Under the pieces are notes generated by a model. That model was given only the letters and a program-made list of their open reading frames with translations. It was not told the origin of the DNA and ran no database searches. A DNA stretch of 61,618 nt, the filler included, from Stramenopiles sp. TOSAG23-3 (lineage: Eukaryota): the NCBI GenBank assembly GCA_900128585.1. It is 16 parts of 16 records of this genome, joined end to end, with 100 filler letters (N's around TTAATTAATTAA, not from the genome) between each part and the next. Parts side by side here need not be neighbours in the genome. Positions count along the whole stretch, not along the records: positions 23,221 to 26,983 come from LT644086.1; positions 27,084 to 30,843 come from LT644087.1; positions 30,944 to 34,702 come from LT644088.1; 13 more parts are not named here. The stretch is one strand, 5' to 3'. Position numbers and translations under genes: made by a program. This document shows positions 23,258-34,415 of this stretch, one piece after another. The first letter of the stretch is position 1, and each line of letters begins with the position of its first letter.

Positions 23258-24230
23258 ATGACGTCTTCGCATAGATTTCCCTCTCGGATTAAGGTGCATA
23301 ACCCAAAGCATCACTTTCAGACCGTTGACGAGTACAACCGGCCTGGGGGGCTGAAAAAAGGGGGATCGTACAACTTGCCATTTAAAAATGTACGGAGAAA
23401 TCGTTCGTTGCCGTCCCTGTCCAACAACAACGACTCAGAGCTGGAAGCTGAGGATCAGCACAGCGACATGGATTGGAAACGGAAACTTCGGGCTATTCAG
23501 CGGCAGCGAGAAAATGACTTTGAAGAGGCTAGGCGCAGGGAGGCCAACGCCGCATCAACGCTAAGTGACGATAGAATCGACGAAATCGTAAAGCGCAAAT
23601 ACCGTGAAACAATTGACGTGATCGATGGGATTTCCCGGATAATGAAAAACCCAAAGGAGCGCGAAAAGACGGACCCGGCGTACATTTACGAGCGGGCCGA
23701 GCGCGTGTATTCGCATGCGTTCAAAAAAATTGTCCAAGAGTTAGAACGGGTCCGCAATGGAAGAATCATCGGGGCTGTGCTCGAAAAAGTGTGGAGGAAT
23801 TACATTTCAAGCTTTGAGTTCTTCATCAAGCTTCGAGAGACGGANNGCCTTGAAGGACAAAGTTAGGCAGATGGAAAAAGACAAACTGCAGCGGAAGGTG
23901 CGAAAAGAGAGCAAGATGAAGATGAAGGTGAGGCAGCACGCGCTGCACGTGCGTTCGGCCAAGAAGCACGGCGTAATTATATCCGCAGAAGTGAGCGATG
24001 TGGAGTCAGAAGACTCAGACGTAGAAAAACCGTATGACTTTATTGACCGGTCGATGAAGCTTGTAAAGAAAACCAACGGGAGCGGCGCCGACAAAAAGTT
24101 ACGGTTTTTGTTGAAGGATCTGCTAGAGCAGAATAGAAACGAGTTCGTCCCCGTTGACTGGGCGTCTGCAATGTTGAGCGAAGAAGTGTTTGGGGTGAAG
24201 CAGCCGGGGGAGGAGGACGATGAGGACTGA
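23258..24230 (+). CDS. Hypothetical coiled-coil protein; two ORFs joined across NN at 23846-23847
   Basis: Frame changes exactly at the ambiguous bases; VYSHAFKKIVQEL...LEKVWRNY weakly recalls an axonemal dynein light-chain-like helix. Confidence 0.6.
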
Positions 24231-24400
24231 AACGCAGGGAGAATAACCCGTAGAGGCGGCAACTGATCGTGCGGCGGTGGATTGAATACACATAGTATGT
24301 ATGTGCAGGTCATTTTTTNNNNNNNNNNNNNNNNNNNNNNNNNNNNNNNNNNNNNNNNNNNNNNNNNNNNNNNNNNNNNNNNNNNNNATATGATAAAAAT

Positions 24401-25051
24401 TTACAATTGAAGCTTGTTTGAAAGAAACTGCGAGGTAGCCTCGTCGAGCAATATTTGATTTTGGTCCTTAAAGTGAAGAATGAGGTCGGTAAGCTTTTCA
24501 CATAAAACTTGCGATGCACTTGGAACTGATACTGGTACTTGAATTGCGGAGTGGAGCGCTTGGACTGCAGTTTGGGGCCGAAAGAGGCCCGGCCTGGGGT
24601 TGACTCGGTTCGGGAGAAAAGTTACGTTGTCTTTTTCTGCAAAAAGGGTTGCCGTGAGTTTCCAAAAACAATTGTAGACCAACGTAACAAAAAGATCATC
24701 GGAGAAGTCTCTCGTCATCCCGCTTTTGCTTGAGTCAGCAGTCTTAAATTTTGTGTTTAGCAGCGTCTGTTGCAGAAAATTCCACGCAAAGTGTAGAAAT
24801 GACGGCTGTTCGCCGTTCCCTACGCTTTGTACGCCTTCTTCCGACAGCTCGTCCAGTATTTGCAGTAGTTTTTCTATTTTTTCTATTGACGACCGGTGTT
24901 TTTTGACGATGTAGTCCAACATAATTTCTAAGTGTTCATGCCCCTGATTAGAAAAGACTCCCCTAAACGTTTTCTTAATAGTTTTAATGCTGTGTTCTGA
25001 GTCCGCTGTCAGCGCAATGTTCACCGTCAAGTATTCCTCATCCTGCTCCAT
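24401..25051 (-). CDS. Hypothetical protein
   Basis: 216-aa ATG ORF with coding-like composition. Confidence 0.55.
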   Translation of the reverse strand: MEQDEEYLTVNIALTADSEHSIKTIKKTFRGVFSNQGHEHLEIMLDYIVKKHRSSIEKIEKLLQILDELSEEGVQSVGNGEQPSFLHFAWNFLQQTLLNTKFKTADSSKSGMTRDFSDDLFVTLVYNCFWKLTATLFAEKDNVTFLPNRVNPRPGLFRPQTAVQALHSAIQVPVSVPSASQVLCEKLTDLILHFKDQNQILLDEATSQFLSNKLQL

Positions 25052-25561
25052 GACTCGTAGATGTGTATTCCTTGAATGTGGCGGTGGATGCGTAAACGCT
25101 GGGTGTTCAACTTTTAAAATGCTGTGGAAAAATTAAAATTGTCGCAACATTTCACGTTTCTTCTTCAAGCAAAAGAAATAGTTGCATTCAGTAAAATTAA
25201 TTTCTTTAATTTTTTTCTTGCGTTCAATTTTCTTACTTCGTCTATTATTTTATTTGTGTTTCCGTGTTTTNNNNNNNGATTGTTGTAGGACAAGAAAATC
25301 AATTCTTTCTTCTTAGCTATATCAACAAACAACAAAACTTTTGTCGTAATTGATGTTGTGATGATGTTAGTAGTCGTCTAGACTAAACACCGATTTTCCT
25401 TCTTCTTTTCTTCCCTCTGTAGTATACAACATTCCATACTTAAATTAATATAAAGATTTAGAAAAAAAAGAATGCTACAAAATATATACTATCATACAGA
25501 ACTCTTTGGAAAATTGATTACCCTCCCCTTGCCCCCCCCCCCCCAAATCCCGTTTTCAACT

Positions 25562-26779
25562 TCAGCACGAGATATTTTTCAGAAGCAAATACCGACAGCT
25601 GTTCATCCCGTCGACCCTCTCTTTGTAATTGGCGCAGCAGTAGTGCAAGAACGGCGCAGTGTCGGTACCGCGGAAATTTTTGTTAGGAAGTGGGTCCATC
25701 AGCCGGAGGGCGTGCATCTCGCTGGCTTTCAAAACGACGATTTGGGAAGCAACGGTCTCCTTATAATCTCCCTTTAACCCGTGGAAAACATGGTGAAAGC
25801 AACCTTGTTCGTGCGTTGGGTAGTCTTCCCAGCAGCGTTGAAGAACAGACTTTACTTTCGTCAGCTTGGACATTTGAATGGATTCTTCTTCGTTTTTCCA
25901 GTACGTTTTGATAGACTTGTAGGATTCAAACGGGGACGTCCCTTTTTGCGGCAAGTTCGAAACGTGTAACCCAGAAGCATAAGTTTCATTTGGGCTTGTG
26001 TACTCTCCATAGTAATCTGGCGCGTGTTTGTACCATGTCCATAGAAAGTCCTTGATTGGGCTTTTTGCAAATATTTCTCCCGTGCTAATGAAATCGTACG
26101 ATCGGTCTTCACTCAAGACAAGGGTTTTATGACTCCTGGTCATTGTCAAATCAACAAACGCTTTTAAATTCCATTCAGGCAAGCGAACTATAGAGTCTGC
26201 ATCGACAAATACCACGGTATCAAAATTTCCACTTGCACCCCGGACATTGCTTCGCGTGTCCAAAAAAGCAGCAGTGAACAAGAGCTTTAACCAGTGCGAA
26301 GATCTCGACGCGTTGATGAAATTTTTCGTCATGTTTGACGTCACCATGGCCACTTGAACGTCTCGGTTGACACCATTTTTTGTTCGGTTGTACCATGCGA
26401 ACGTGGACTTCCACCACGGCACGCACAGCATCCCAGGGTCACCATGTTTCCGGTAAGCCCCATGGCCACTCTGACATACCGTAAACAGCAGCAACTTGTA
26501 AGAGGCAGGGTTTCCCCGACCCATATATTTTATGTACTCAGAGCTCTTTACGTATTCAATGGCTTTCTCAAGGTCTGTTGGTTGGCTACGAAAATTTGAA
26601 AAATCGATCAGAAACGATTGATGATATAGCATTTTATACGGAAACATAAGCATCATTGGGAGGAGAATCAAGCAAAAAACGGTAGCTCTACAAGGCTCAG
26701 CCTTGGTAAACTCGCAAATTGATCGATTTTCCCGTTTCCTTTTCCTTTCCCGCTTCTTTTCTTTGCCGTTTCTTGACAT
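25562..26779 (-). CDS. Type II membrane glycosyltransferase, GT34 (MNN10/GMA12-like)
   Basis: N-terminal TM; HWLKL, VVFVDADS (DxD), LVLSED...ISTGEIF, FLWTW, HEQG. Confidence 0.75.
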   Translation of the reverse strand: MSRNGKEKKRERKRKRENRSICEFTKAEPCRATVFCLILLPMMLMFPYKMLYHQSFLIDFSNFRSQPTDLEKAIEYVKSSEYIKYMGRGNPASYKLLLFTVCQSGHGAYRKHGDPGMLCVPWWKSTFAWYNRTKNGVNRDVQVAMVTSNMTKNFINASRSSHWLKLLFTAAFLDTRSNVRGASGNFDTVVFVDADSIVRLPEWNLKAFVDLTMTRSHKTLVLSEDRSYDFISTGEIFAKSPIKDFLWTWYKHAPDYYGEYTSPNETYASGLHVSNLPQKGTSPFESYKSIKTYWKNEEESIQMSKLTKVKSVLQRCWEDYPTHEQGCFHHVFHGLKGDYKETVASQIVVLKASEMHALRLMDPLPNKNFRGTDTAPFLHYCCANYKERVDGMNSCRYLLLKNISC

Positions 26780-27498
26780 GTTCGCCGCACGGTCTAATTA
26801 CTCTATACACGTTCTACAAATAACGCTTTGTCCACACAAGGAAAAAATTGGAGAAATGGGGGTAGCAGTTGAAACTAGTAACCATCAAGTTCATTAGCTA
26901 ATAATTCATTCACTGATCTATTGAATACACAAAGTTTTGAAATCAAATTTTTATTTCGTTCATAGAAATATTGTTTACTTCGTNNNNNNNNNNNNNNNNN
27001 NNNNNNNNNNNNNNNNNNNNNNNNNNNTTAATTAATTAANNNNNNNNNNNNNNNNNNNNNNNNNNNNNNNNNNNNNNNNNNNNCTTCTGCTGCGCTATTA
27101 TATGCCTACCTTCTCTCATTTTTTTTATTCATCTTCTTTTAGACTATCGATCATCTCCTCCTCAGCTTCTTTTTTTTATTATTTTAATTAAAATATCTTC
27201 TTTTCTCAATAATTACCGTATAATAATCACCACCACCACACTTTTTTTTGTAATATAAATAAAAAAATGATTCCTCCCCCCATAAAAAGATAGAGAAGCT
27301 ATAGTTGAATAGATTAGTTTAACAACACTATATATTATATGTATTTGGTTTCCTTGTGTGAGCATTCAGATACGTAATGAACGAGACAGAAAAAATCAAA
27401 TAAAGAATCTAATAGAGTTTGTACTGTTTAGGTGTGAAGACTCTACTTTATTTGAAAAGTAGAAGGAAAAAAACAAGCGATTTTTTTCAAGCTCACCA

Positions 27499-28263
27499 AT
27501 GTTCCTATTCCAGAGAGCCTCCCGTTCTCTTCTACTACCGTCCAAGCAACTTTCACGCACAATGTCAGCCGCTGCGTCCGGAAAAGAAACCGTTGCCAAG
27601 TTGATGAAAAATGCAACGGCGGTGTGCTTTGACGTAGACTCGACCGTGTGCATCAACGAAGGGCTCGATGACCTTGCTGACTTTTGTGGGGCAGGCGAAA
27701 AGGTAGCCGCGTGGACTAACAAGGCCATGGGCGGTTCTGTCCCCTTCGAAGTCGCGCTGAAAGAACGGTTGGAGCTATTCCGTCCTTCTAAGGATGATGT
27801 TGACCGTTTCTTGGCTGCGCATCCACCAACCCTCACTGACGGTGTTCACGAATTTATGGACGCCTTGCGTGCCAGGGGTACCGCAGTCTACCTGATTTCC
27901 GGCGGCTTTGTACCGTTGATAGTACCTGCAGCGACCACTTTGGGCATTCCAGAGACAGACATATATGCCAACAGTATTCTTCACAACGCGGAAACTGGCG
28001 AGTACGAAGGCTTCGATGATACTGCGTTTACCTCGAGGTCTGGCGGCAAACCCAGGGCTGTAGATGACGTTATCTCTCGTCATGGGGGCGGCGATGACAA
28101 AATAATATTAATGGTAGGCGATGGGGCTACTGATCTCGAAGCGAAGCCTCCTGCGAAAGCCGTGATTGGATTTGGCGGCATTGTGACTCGCGACGTAGTC
28201 AAAGAGAAGTCCGATTGGTTCATTAACGACTTTCAAGAAGCCATCAACGCGTTGAAGGAATAA
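27499..28263 (+). CDS. PSPH: Phosphoserine phosphatase (HAD family) with N-terminal extension
   Basis: AVCFDVDSTV, EGLDDLA, TNKAMGG, LISGGF, SGGK, MVGDGATDLEA, IGFGG. Confidence 0.95.
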   Translation: MFLFQRASRSLLLPSKQLSRTMSAAASGKETVAKLMKNATAVCFDVDSTVCINEGLDDLADFCGAGEKVAAWTNKAMGGSVPFEVALKERLELFRPSKDDVDRFLAAHPPTLTDGVHEFMDALRARGTAVYLISGGFVPLIVPAATTLGIPETDIYANSILHNAETGEYEGFDDTAFTSRSGGKPRAVDDVISRHGGGDDKIILMVGDGATDLEAKPPAKAVIGFGGIVTRDVVKEKSDWFINDFQEAINALKE

Positions 28264-28455
28264 AGTGGCTCCAACAATAATCTTGGGGTTAAAACATTTG
28301 CAGCTTTAAGCAAAATGGGCGCGTCATCGCAACATAACAATTTTAAAATTAAGATAATTCGTAATTCCTTCAGAAGTTCTTACCAACATAAAAGTTCGAA
28401 TACGGTATGAAAAAAACAAAAAACGGTATGATATCATAAATCATAAAGATTCTTA

Positions 28456-28572
28456 AAAACAAGAAAATTGGCTGTTATTTAAGTAATTAAATTTAGCTTC
28501 GTCGTACCCTAATCCTAATAACTTTTATTGATAAGATAAATTTTAAAACAAGAAAATTGGCTGTTATTTAAG
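28456..28572. repeat. 28-bp direct repeat AAAACAAGAAAATTGGCTGTTATTTAAG (28456-28483 and 28545-28572)
   Basis: Exact duplicate between convergent 3' ends. Confidence 0.9.
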
Positions 28573-28700
28573 ATAAATTTCAATATCTTAAAATTACAGC
28601 CTGTATTTTGGTTTGAAAGTTCGAATAAGATCAATAAATTTGAACTCCTTACTAAAATTTAAATGGAGTGCGCACGTACACCTTTCTTCCGCGCATAAAA

Positions 28701-30431
28701 TCAATGATGATTACCATCGAACAAAATGTAATCATGCAGCAACTTGTTGTGGTGTCCTGGTAACCATTCTGAATTCGTCCACAACATGTTTTTGGTGACA
28801 ATTTCTTTCGTTGGATAGGCCAGCCTCCACGAACCTTTATATTGCTTTTCATCTTCGAACTGGTACAGGATTTTCTGTTCTCCACTGGATGTCTTGCATT
28901 TTCTATTTTGACAGAACGCATCAATCCTTGATTTCACATTTTCACTATAGCCTCGACCCTGGCGATCATACCCACCCACGCCTAACATTCGCCACATCTC
29001 ACTAAGCATGGACATTTTCAGCTGTACACCAAGAGGGCTGGAGACCGCCGTTGTGGGGTAAGCATTAATTTCTAATAGGTACGGGACTGAATCTTTGTCC
29101 AGGGCAATGTCTGGGCCGAGAAAGCTAAAATAATTGTCGGTTGGGTTTGAATACTTTGATGGCCTCCATTTGTCCGAGCTAAGTACTGACTTTACGATCA
29201 ACAACTCCATCTGTTCAATAAGTGCACCTGTATTTGTGCCATAATTTTTCTCCAAATATTCCATCAAGGTACCCATGTTCCACAGGTGAGAATTCTGTAC
29301 GGCTTTTTGCCGCAAGTCGACATTTTTCTTATACAAGGGGCACTTTGGCGTTTGATAGGCTTGGTTTGTTATGTGCATACACTTGTCGTCCAACAGTTTG
29401 CTCCCTGTACCGGTTTGGTATGGAACAGATGCTAGCCGAACAACAGCGTCGTTGTGGACATAAATTCGAAGCGGATTTAAACGCACAAACGTGTGCATTC
29501 TCAAATCGAACTTGTGGCCTTTCAGCAGCAGGGGGTTCAAGTACTGCTGAATGATCCAGGACCCATCTTTTCCCTTTCTGCTGGCATCTGGGATCCCTAC
29601 TTTGCTATTCTTATCAAACAGGTACAGGCCCCTGGCGGTGGAGCCGTAACTGGGCTTTGCGATCCACTTGAACTCGTCATTTTCCTTTTTGACTGCTCCT
29701 ACCAGCTCAATTCTTTGTCGAGGCAATTCGTAGCTTGCTGGCATCACGCGGAGAAAGGACTCATCATTGAAATGTTTGGCGGCGCGTTGAAGCGCGCGCA
29801 GCAGGTTCCTTTTCTCCCCCAGTATGTTGTAAGCATCGGGCAAAGGGGCCACTATCTGAGAGGGCTTTAAATGACTCAATGCGTTCCCAGATCCCATGCC
29901 CAGTTTACCTCCAACGTATCCATCCACCCAGCAAATATCCCATTCCCCGTCTACCGGGCAGCCGACTTTATCGACTTTATCGAGCACTAGCTTTGAGCCG
30001 GCCAACAGCGCCGTGGAGCCGATTATCCACCCACTCCCTTCTCCTCTCACCACGGCCACTTTTTTCTGCAAAAAAGGGTCGGGAAGACCCTGGCTTTTCG
30101 CAATCAATGTCTTCTGGAGCGTTTTCAGCTCATCTGCGGTTGGCATGGTCGGTTCCAACTGGTGCTGAAAGTGTAGCAAGGCTTTTCCACGCCCGTCAAG
30201 CCTGGACTCTTGGACTTGATGGTTTATCGCAGTCGTCCGCTTGAGCCGGTTCCAAAGTTTGTTCCGCGATCCATCAGGCCTGCTCCCTTTTACTGCAGCA
30301 ATTCTATCTGCAACCTTATGCGAAATGCAAAAAACGATCGTCACTAGTGAACCAAGAATTGCCCCACCAATAAAACACATACAAGGAATCACACTCCCTC
30401 TCTGCTGCCGTTGTCGATAAAGTTTTGACAT
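28701..30431 (-). CDS. Tubulin-tyrosine-ligase-family (TTLL) ATP-grasp protein with an N-terminal membrane anchor
   Basis: WIAKP, IIQQYLNPLLLKGHKFDLR, VRLAS, MHITN, LGPDIALD...LLEINAYP; TM IPCMCFIGGAILGSLVTIVFCI. Confidence 0.9.
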   Translation of the reverse strand: MSKLYRQRQQRGSVIPCMCFIGGAILGSLVTIVFCISHKVADRIAAVKGSRPDGSRNKLWNRLKRTTAINHQVQESRLDGRGKALLHFQHQLEPTMPTADELKTLQKTLIAKSQGLPDPFLQKKVAVVRGEGSGWIIGSTALLAGSKLVLDKVDKVGCPVDGEWDICWVDGYVGGKLGMGSGNALSHLKPSQIVAPLPDAYNILGEKRNLLRALQRAAKHFNDESFLRVMPASYELPRQRIELVGAVKKENDEFKWIAKPSYGSTARGLYLFDKNSKVGIPDASRKGKDGSWIIQQYLNPLLLKGHKFDLRMHTFVRLNPLRIYVHNDAVVRLASVPYQTGTGSKLLDDKCMHITNQAYQTPKCPLYKKNVDLRQKAVQNSHLWNMGTLMEYLEKNYGTNTGALIEQMELLIVKSVLSSDKWRPSKYSNPTDNYFSFLGPDIALDKDSVPYLLEINAYPTTAVSSPLGVQLKMSMLSEMWRMLGVGGYDRQGRGYSENVKSRIDAFCQNRKCKTSSGEQKILYQFEDEKQYKGSWRLAYPTKEIVTKNMLWTNSEWLPGHHNKLLHDYILFDGNHH

Positions 30432-30763
30432 GTTCACGCACTACCTCTCTGCTGTGTGGTAGACGCAAATGAAATGTCTTCTACGTCACGCACGACACAA
30501 CAACAACAAATCGCAACCTCGCAATAGAAAAATATTCTTCAAAGTCAATATTTCTCAACAAATTATTATTTCTTACTGCAGTGCTATTATCAAATAAATT
30601 TAGACAATGAAAACCGTCTAAGTTCGTTCCCATGAAAACATCTGGCGCTATCTTAAAAATATTTTTCTCACTATTATTTCACCAATTCACACTCTATATT
30701 CGACCTCGTATAATACAGTGCGCTAATAATAATATAATTAATAAGTTCAACAACAAGCAAAGA

Positions 30764-30843
30764 AAAGAAGAAGAAGAAGAAGAAGAAGAAAGAAGAAGAA
30801 GAAGAAGAAGAAGAAAGAAGAAGAAGAAGAAGAAGAAGAAGAA
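30764..30843. repeat. (GAA)n microsatellite at contig end
   Basis: Direct reading. Confidence 0.95.
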
Positions 30844-30943
30844 NNNNNNNNNNNNNNNNNNNNNNNNNNNNNNNNNNNNNNNNNNNNTTAATTAATTAAN
30901 NNNNNNNNNNNNNNNNNNNNNNNNNNNNNNNNNNNNNNNNNNN

Positions 30944-31405
30944 GAGAGTAATAGTCCCATAAACCGGGTGCATTTTATTAAACGTCGAAACCACGCAGGG
31001 TTTTTGAACATGTTGCTTGGATCTGACGTTGTGCTCGATACCTACCCATTTGGAGGGGGCGTCTCTAACCTTGAAGCATTTGCGGTGGGTACCCCCGTCA
31101 TATCGCAGCCAGACAAATATTTAAGAGGGCGTTTGACGTTAGCATTTTACCGTACCATGGGCTTGCAATCACAGTTTGTCCGGTATTCCATCGAAGAGTA
31201 TGCCAGCCTCGCAATACGGACAGCAATTCGGCAAGATGACCATCTTCGTCGACTAGTGTATGAGCGAAAAACAAAGATTTTCTCGAACGCAAACGCTATA
31301 AAAGAATGGGAACGGTTTTTTGTCTTTGTTTGCCAAAGCAGAAATTTGAAGCGTGGAGGCGTCAGCCTGAGAAAGTATTTAGACAAACCGCAGCGATCCT
31401 TTTAG
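30944..31405 (+). CDS. C-terminus of an OGT/SPINDLY-like GT41 glycosyltransferase, 5' truncated
   Basis: DVVLDTYPFGGGVSNLEAFAVGTPVI...LRGR...MGL...EEYASLAIR; frame open from contig edge. Confidence 0.85.
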   Translation, partial: ESNSPINRVHFIKRRNHAGFLNMLLGSDVVLDTYPFGGGVSNLEAFAVGTPVISQPDKYLRGRLTLAFYRTMGLQSQFVRYSIEEYASLAIRTAIRQDDHLRRLVYERKTKIFSNANAIKEWERFFVFVCQSRNLKRGGVSLRKYLDKPQRSF

Positions 31406-31774
31406 ATCTGTTCAAACCTTTGATGAAACTAAGTGTTCATTTTTAATGAAATATTTGTGTGCTTTTTTTAAAGTTGTTTACTCCGTAAAATTTGTTTTAT
31501 ATCATATCTACATACTATATATTTTGTTTTTTCATATCTCTCTTATCTATATCGTCTATATAATTTTTTCTCTTTCATAATCTCTTCTAATAATTTTCAG
31601 TTTTCTTCCTCTCCTTTCTGAGTTTATATGTTTACCAAGTTGACACTAGGGGAAATTTTGGGGGTGGCAAGCTCATGCGCAAGCCAACCACTGCCTGGGT
31701 TCGTTTGTTGAACCCTAAGGACGTTTTCCCAAAAATCCCCCTGCCCATTTCGCCTATTTCAACATTCATAGATC

Positions 31775-32794
31775 TCACAGATGCACGGGAAAATGGTTGG
31801 CTACTTCTCTGTCTCGATTGCAGGGGGAAAAGACACTTGATCCTCTTGTGATAGTTGGTGAGTCCCAGATCGATGTAGCACGGCTTTTCCCCCGGGTGTG
31901 CAAAGTCTCTAATGTCTGTGTTTTCTTTTTAATCGGGGAGATGTACTTTTCTGAAATTTTGGGGAGTTGCAAAGTGGATCCTATCAGCTTTCCCGCTTGC
32001 TGCCTTGCCTTTGCCTTTATGCTTACGTCTAACTTTGCCCCGTGGCTGGACCTCATTCCAGCAAAGGATCTGCTCTTGTTTAGCGCCGGCCTCAAGGGAG
32101 ATACCATGTCTTCTGCTTCCCCAGGGTTGGCGTTGAGAAACGTCCGTGACTTTCGATTTCGTCTCTTTCGTTGTTTCTGAGGACGGCGTTCCCTATTCTC
32201 GTCTGCATCGACGTGGAACATAGAGGGAAGGCTGTTGCTGCTGCTTAAGCCATGCGCATTCGTTGGGGACACGGGGTAGGATTTTGGGAGGTTGTACGTG
32301 CCATTAAATAACGTGTGGAAGTGTTTGTAGTCACTGTATGACCTTCCTTGTTCGATCTTTCTGTTGTTTTGTTCTCGTTCGTAAAGGTTGCTGAACTCGC
32401 TAAACCTTTCTGTGGCTTCATCATCTGCGCCGTGTTCGTCTTGTAAAAAGTAAAACGAGCGGGGGTCGGCGAACGAGGACGAGGTCTTCATCACACTCAC
32501 GAACTCGTCGAAACTTATCAAACCGTCGTCCTGAACTCCGTCGAGCTCCTGAAACAATTGCAATAGTTTGTCTATCTCACTTCTTTCTATTTTTTTATAG
32601 TCAATTAATGCCGCTCTTAACTCTTGCAAATCTATTTCCCCCGACTGATCGTTGTCAAAAATGTTGAACATTCTCCGCAATTGTGGCAAGAACTGATCCA
32701 CGTATTTCGGCTTTGTAAAAACATACCCAGTGCCTTTTTCCTTCACTCGTGTCCGGAGATACTTCACCGTCTCAAACGGCAACTCGAGTGGCAT
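31775..32794 (-). CDS. EF-hand protein
   Basis: FNIFDNDQSGEIDLQEL and LDGVQDDGLISFDEFVSVM. Confidence 0.85.
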   Translation of the reverse strand: MPLELPFETVKYLRTRVKEKGTGYVFTKPKYVDQFLPQLRRMFNIFDNDQSGEIDLQELRAALIDYKKIERSEIDKLLQLFQELDGVQDDGLISFDEFVSVMKTSSSFADPRSFYFLQDEHGADDEATERFSEFSNLYEREQNNRKIEQGRSYSDYKHFHTLFNGTYNLPKSYPVSPTNAHGLSSSNSLPSMFHVDADENRERRPQKQRKRRNRKSRTFLNANPGEAEDMVSPLRPALNKSRSFAGMRSSHGAKLDVSIKAKARQQAGKLIGSTLQLPKISEKYISPIKKKTQTLETLHTRGKSRATSIWDSPTITRGSSVFSPCNRDREVANHFPVHL

Positions 32795-33612
32795 GTTGTC
32801 CTATCTATCCGCCAACTCTGCGCACAAAAATTGTTTTTTATCGCATACCATACGTTTCATTGAAATCGTTAGTGTCGCTTGCATTTTCTGTCTCAATCGT
32901 TACATCAGATGTAAATAAATAACGAAACAAACAGGACAAGACGTGATTATGTGAGGAGGAGTATAAATATAATATGTGTAATAATAAAAAAGAGTATAAA
33001 ATAATATATTAAAGAAGAAGAAGAGGAGAAAGAGAAAAAAAAATGCGCACTTTTTTTGTGTTTTCTTCTTCTTTCTTCTTCCTTCTTTGTGATGATGCTG
33101 TGCTGCTGTGCTATTTGTTGTTCTGTTTTCTTTCATAATATTCTTCTCCTCTTTCTTCTTTTTTGTCCGTTATTCTATATTTATACATACACACAGCATC
33201 AAATATTATAATAATAAAAAAATGAATTATATATAGTGATAGTATAGTGTGTATAAATAAAAAATATGACATCTTTCTTTCCTTACTTCTTCTTCTTTCT
33301 CTTCTTCTTCTTCTTTTCTTCTTCTTCTTTTTTTTTTCTTCATTATTATTATTCATCTTCTCCCTCTTCTTCTTCTTCTCTCATCTAATTTTAATATTAT
33401 ATTTTATTATATTATTATTATCATCATCATCATCATTTTTTCTTCTTATGTTTTTTAATAAATATGATGATGATTTAACATTTATTTTAGATAACTAAAA
33501 GTTCAAATGCATGCGCGTGTGAAATCAACGATACGATATTTGGCAATTCTGTCTTTTCTCATCCAAATTATGTAATTGCAACTTTGTTCACTGGCACGAT
33601 TGCATAAAGGCG

Positions 33613-34415
33613 ATGCTTCCCTCGTTCTCGCACAGCCAATCTGCGTCGGCGATATTGAATAAGGCCGCTGATTCCAACTCGGCCGCATTTGCCTCTTCGC
33701 TGCGCAACTACACACGGAAGAAATCGCCAGAAAAGAAGCGGGTAGAGAATCCGTTCAAAAACAACTGGTACAGAAAGATCCAATTGGAGATTAGAGACAA
33801 TGTACATGACGTTCGTATGCAAGTCTTGGACGAGCAGATCGCAACAATAAAGTTAAACACGGACATCGTCATGGAGCACAACAAAAATTTAGAGGTCATC
33901 GCAAGGGTCCTTGAAAAAACTTTGAAACGGTGAAGTCTACGGCATCAAAGAAGAAGAAGGGCATGAAAGAGAAGAAGGGCAAGGAAGAGAACAATAAGAA
34001 GAAGGAGAAGAAGGAGAAGAAGGAGAAGAAGGAGAAGAAGGAGAAGGAAGAAAAGAAAGAAAAGAAAGAAAAGAAAGAAAAGAAAGAAAAGAAAGAAAAG
34101 AAAGAAAAGAAGAAAGGGAAGAAAGAAAAGGAAAAGAAGACGGAGAGCGACAAAACACAGAAGAAGGAGCAAAAGGGCGGCGATGATGTCATTGCTGCGG
34201 TCGGCAAATTGGTGACTAGTTTAAATGTTGATGTCAAGGAAAGCAAACAGAAACGAGATAAGCCCCCAAAAAAAGAGAAGAGAAAATCGAAAACAAATGA
34301 CGTCGGTGAAGACTCAAGTGTTCCTGATGCGAGGGAAGTGGGAGGTGGGGACAAGAAAAAACCAAAGAAGAAAAAGAAGAAAAAGAAGAAAGATAAAACT
34401 TTGCGGATAGCATAG
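33613..34415 (+). CDS. Lys/Glu-rich low-complexity protein; probable 1-nt homopolymer frameshift near 33914-33919
   Basis: Adding one A joins ...RVLEK to NFETVKSTASKKKK; KKE repeats are encoded by 9-bp tandem units. Confidence 0.55.

Noticed and set aside
31711-31718. Telomerase RNA template (AACCCTAA)
   Set aside because: Partly sequestered in a stem, with no space for a pseudoknot; an 8-mer match alone is weak.
32900-33498. Short ORFs rich in F/L/K/R, also at 10923-11276, 16832-17047 and 30632-30895
   Set aside because: Translations of (GAA/TTC)n microsatellites and AT-rich spacer.
33910-33935. Programmed -1 frameshift at AAAAAAC
   Set aside because: The heptamer is not in the X XXY YYZ register of the upstream frame; a homopolymer indel is simpler.
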